From assembly GCA_016185625.1 (NCBI GenBank), contig JACPND010000019.1, positions 1 through 62,864 on the forward strand: DNA of 62,864 bases. The letters are read 5' to 3'. The stretch's first letter is position 1. Every line of letters begins with the position of its first letter. This stretch comes from Candidatus Woesearchaeota archaeon. GTDB lineage: Archaea; Nanobdellota; Nanobdellia; Woesearchaeales; GW2011-AR9. Positions 62,818 to 62,864 of this stretch are shown piece by piece. The position numbers were made by a program, and so were the translations under genes. Under the pieces are notes generated by a model that made no database searches, had not been told where the DNA came from, and worked only from the letters and a program-made list of their open reading frames with translations.

Positions 62818-62864
62818 GAGGACTTTGAATAACCATCCCATTCATCGATATTCAAAGTCTACCA

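Overview
This is an archaeal chromosome segment. Diagnostic informational genes sit in their usual micro-syntenies: LSm-L37e; Rpo7-Spt4-S24e-S27ae; L44e-S27e-aIF2alpha-Nop10; plus GatE, MetRS, Pth2, S2 and Mre11. Promoters are archaeal TATA type (consensus AACATTTATAAA). They lie about 30-32 nt before start codons and before tRNA 5' ends, so most transcripts look leaderless. Very large Cys-rich surface lipoproteins, a lytic transglycosylase, few metabolic genes and heavily interrupted tRNA genes suggest a small-genome DPANN-like archaeon; this is inference only. I call about 65 protein genes, including four below the ORF-track cutoff: L37e, Nop10, a 50-aa basic peptide and a 38-aa zinc ribbon. 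I also call 7 tRNA genes (Ser-CGA, Ala-CGC, Gly-CCC, Arg-CCT, Ser-GCT, Pro-CGG, Leu-CAG). Every tRNA gene carries at least one insertion in the D loop, anticodon loop or T loop. Four toxin-antitoxin pairs are present: Doc/RHH, VapBC and two MNT/HEPN pairs. There are many short palindromic MITE-like repeats, several with 8-9 bp target-site duplications. Main leads follow. (1) Both MNT-HEPN pairs sit directly behind a housekeeping gene (gatE; a metallophosphoesterase). Each is followed by a roughly 120-nt diverged relic of that gene's 3' end, and no integrase is present, which suggests integrase-less TA cassettes that integrate at gene 3' ends. (2) Near-identical T-loop introns are shared between tRNAs of different identity. 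(3) The TATA-to-tRNA spacing is fixed, which implies leaderless tRNAs, and tRNA 5'/3' segments are duplicated next to three tRNA genes. (4) A family of hairpins shares a conserved GGCC/bulge core with covarying stems. (5) An ArmA/Rmt-type 16S rRNA methyltransferase converges on and overlaps a lytic transglycosylase gene. All calls come from reading the sequence and translations; no searches were run.
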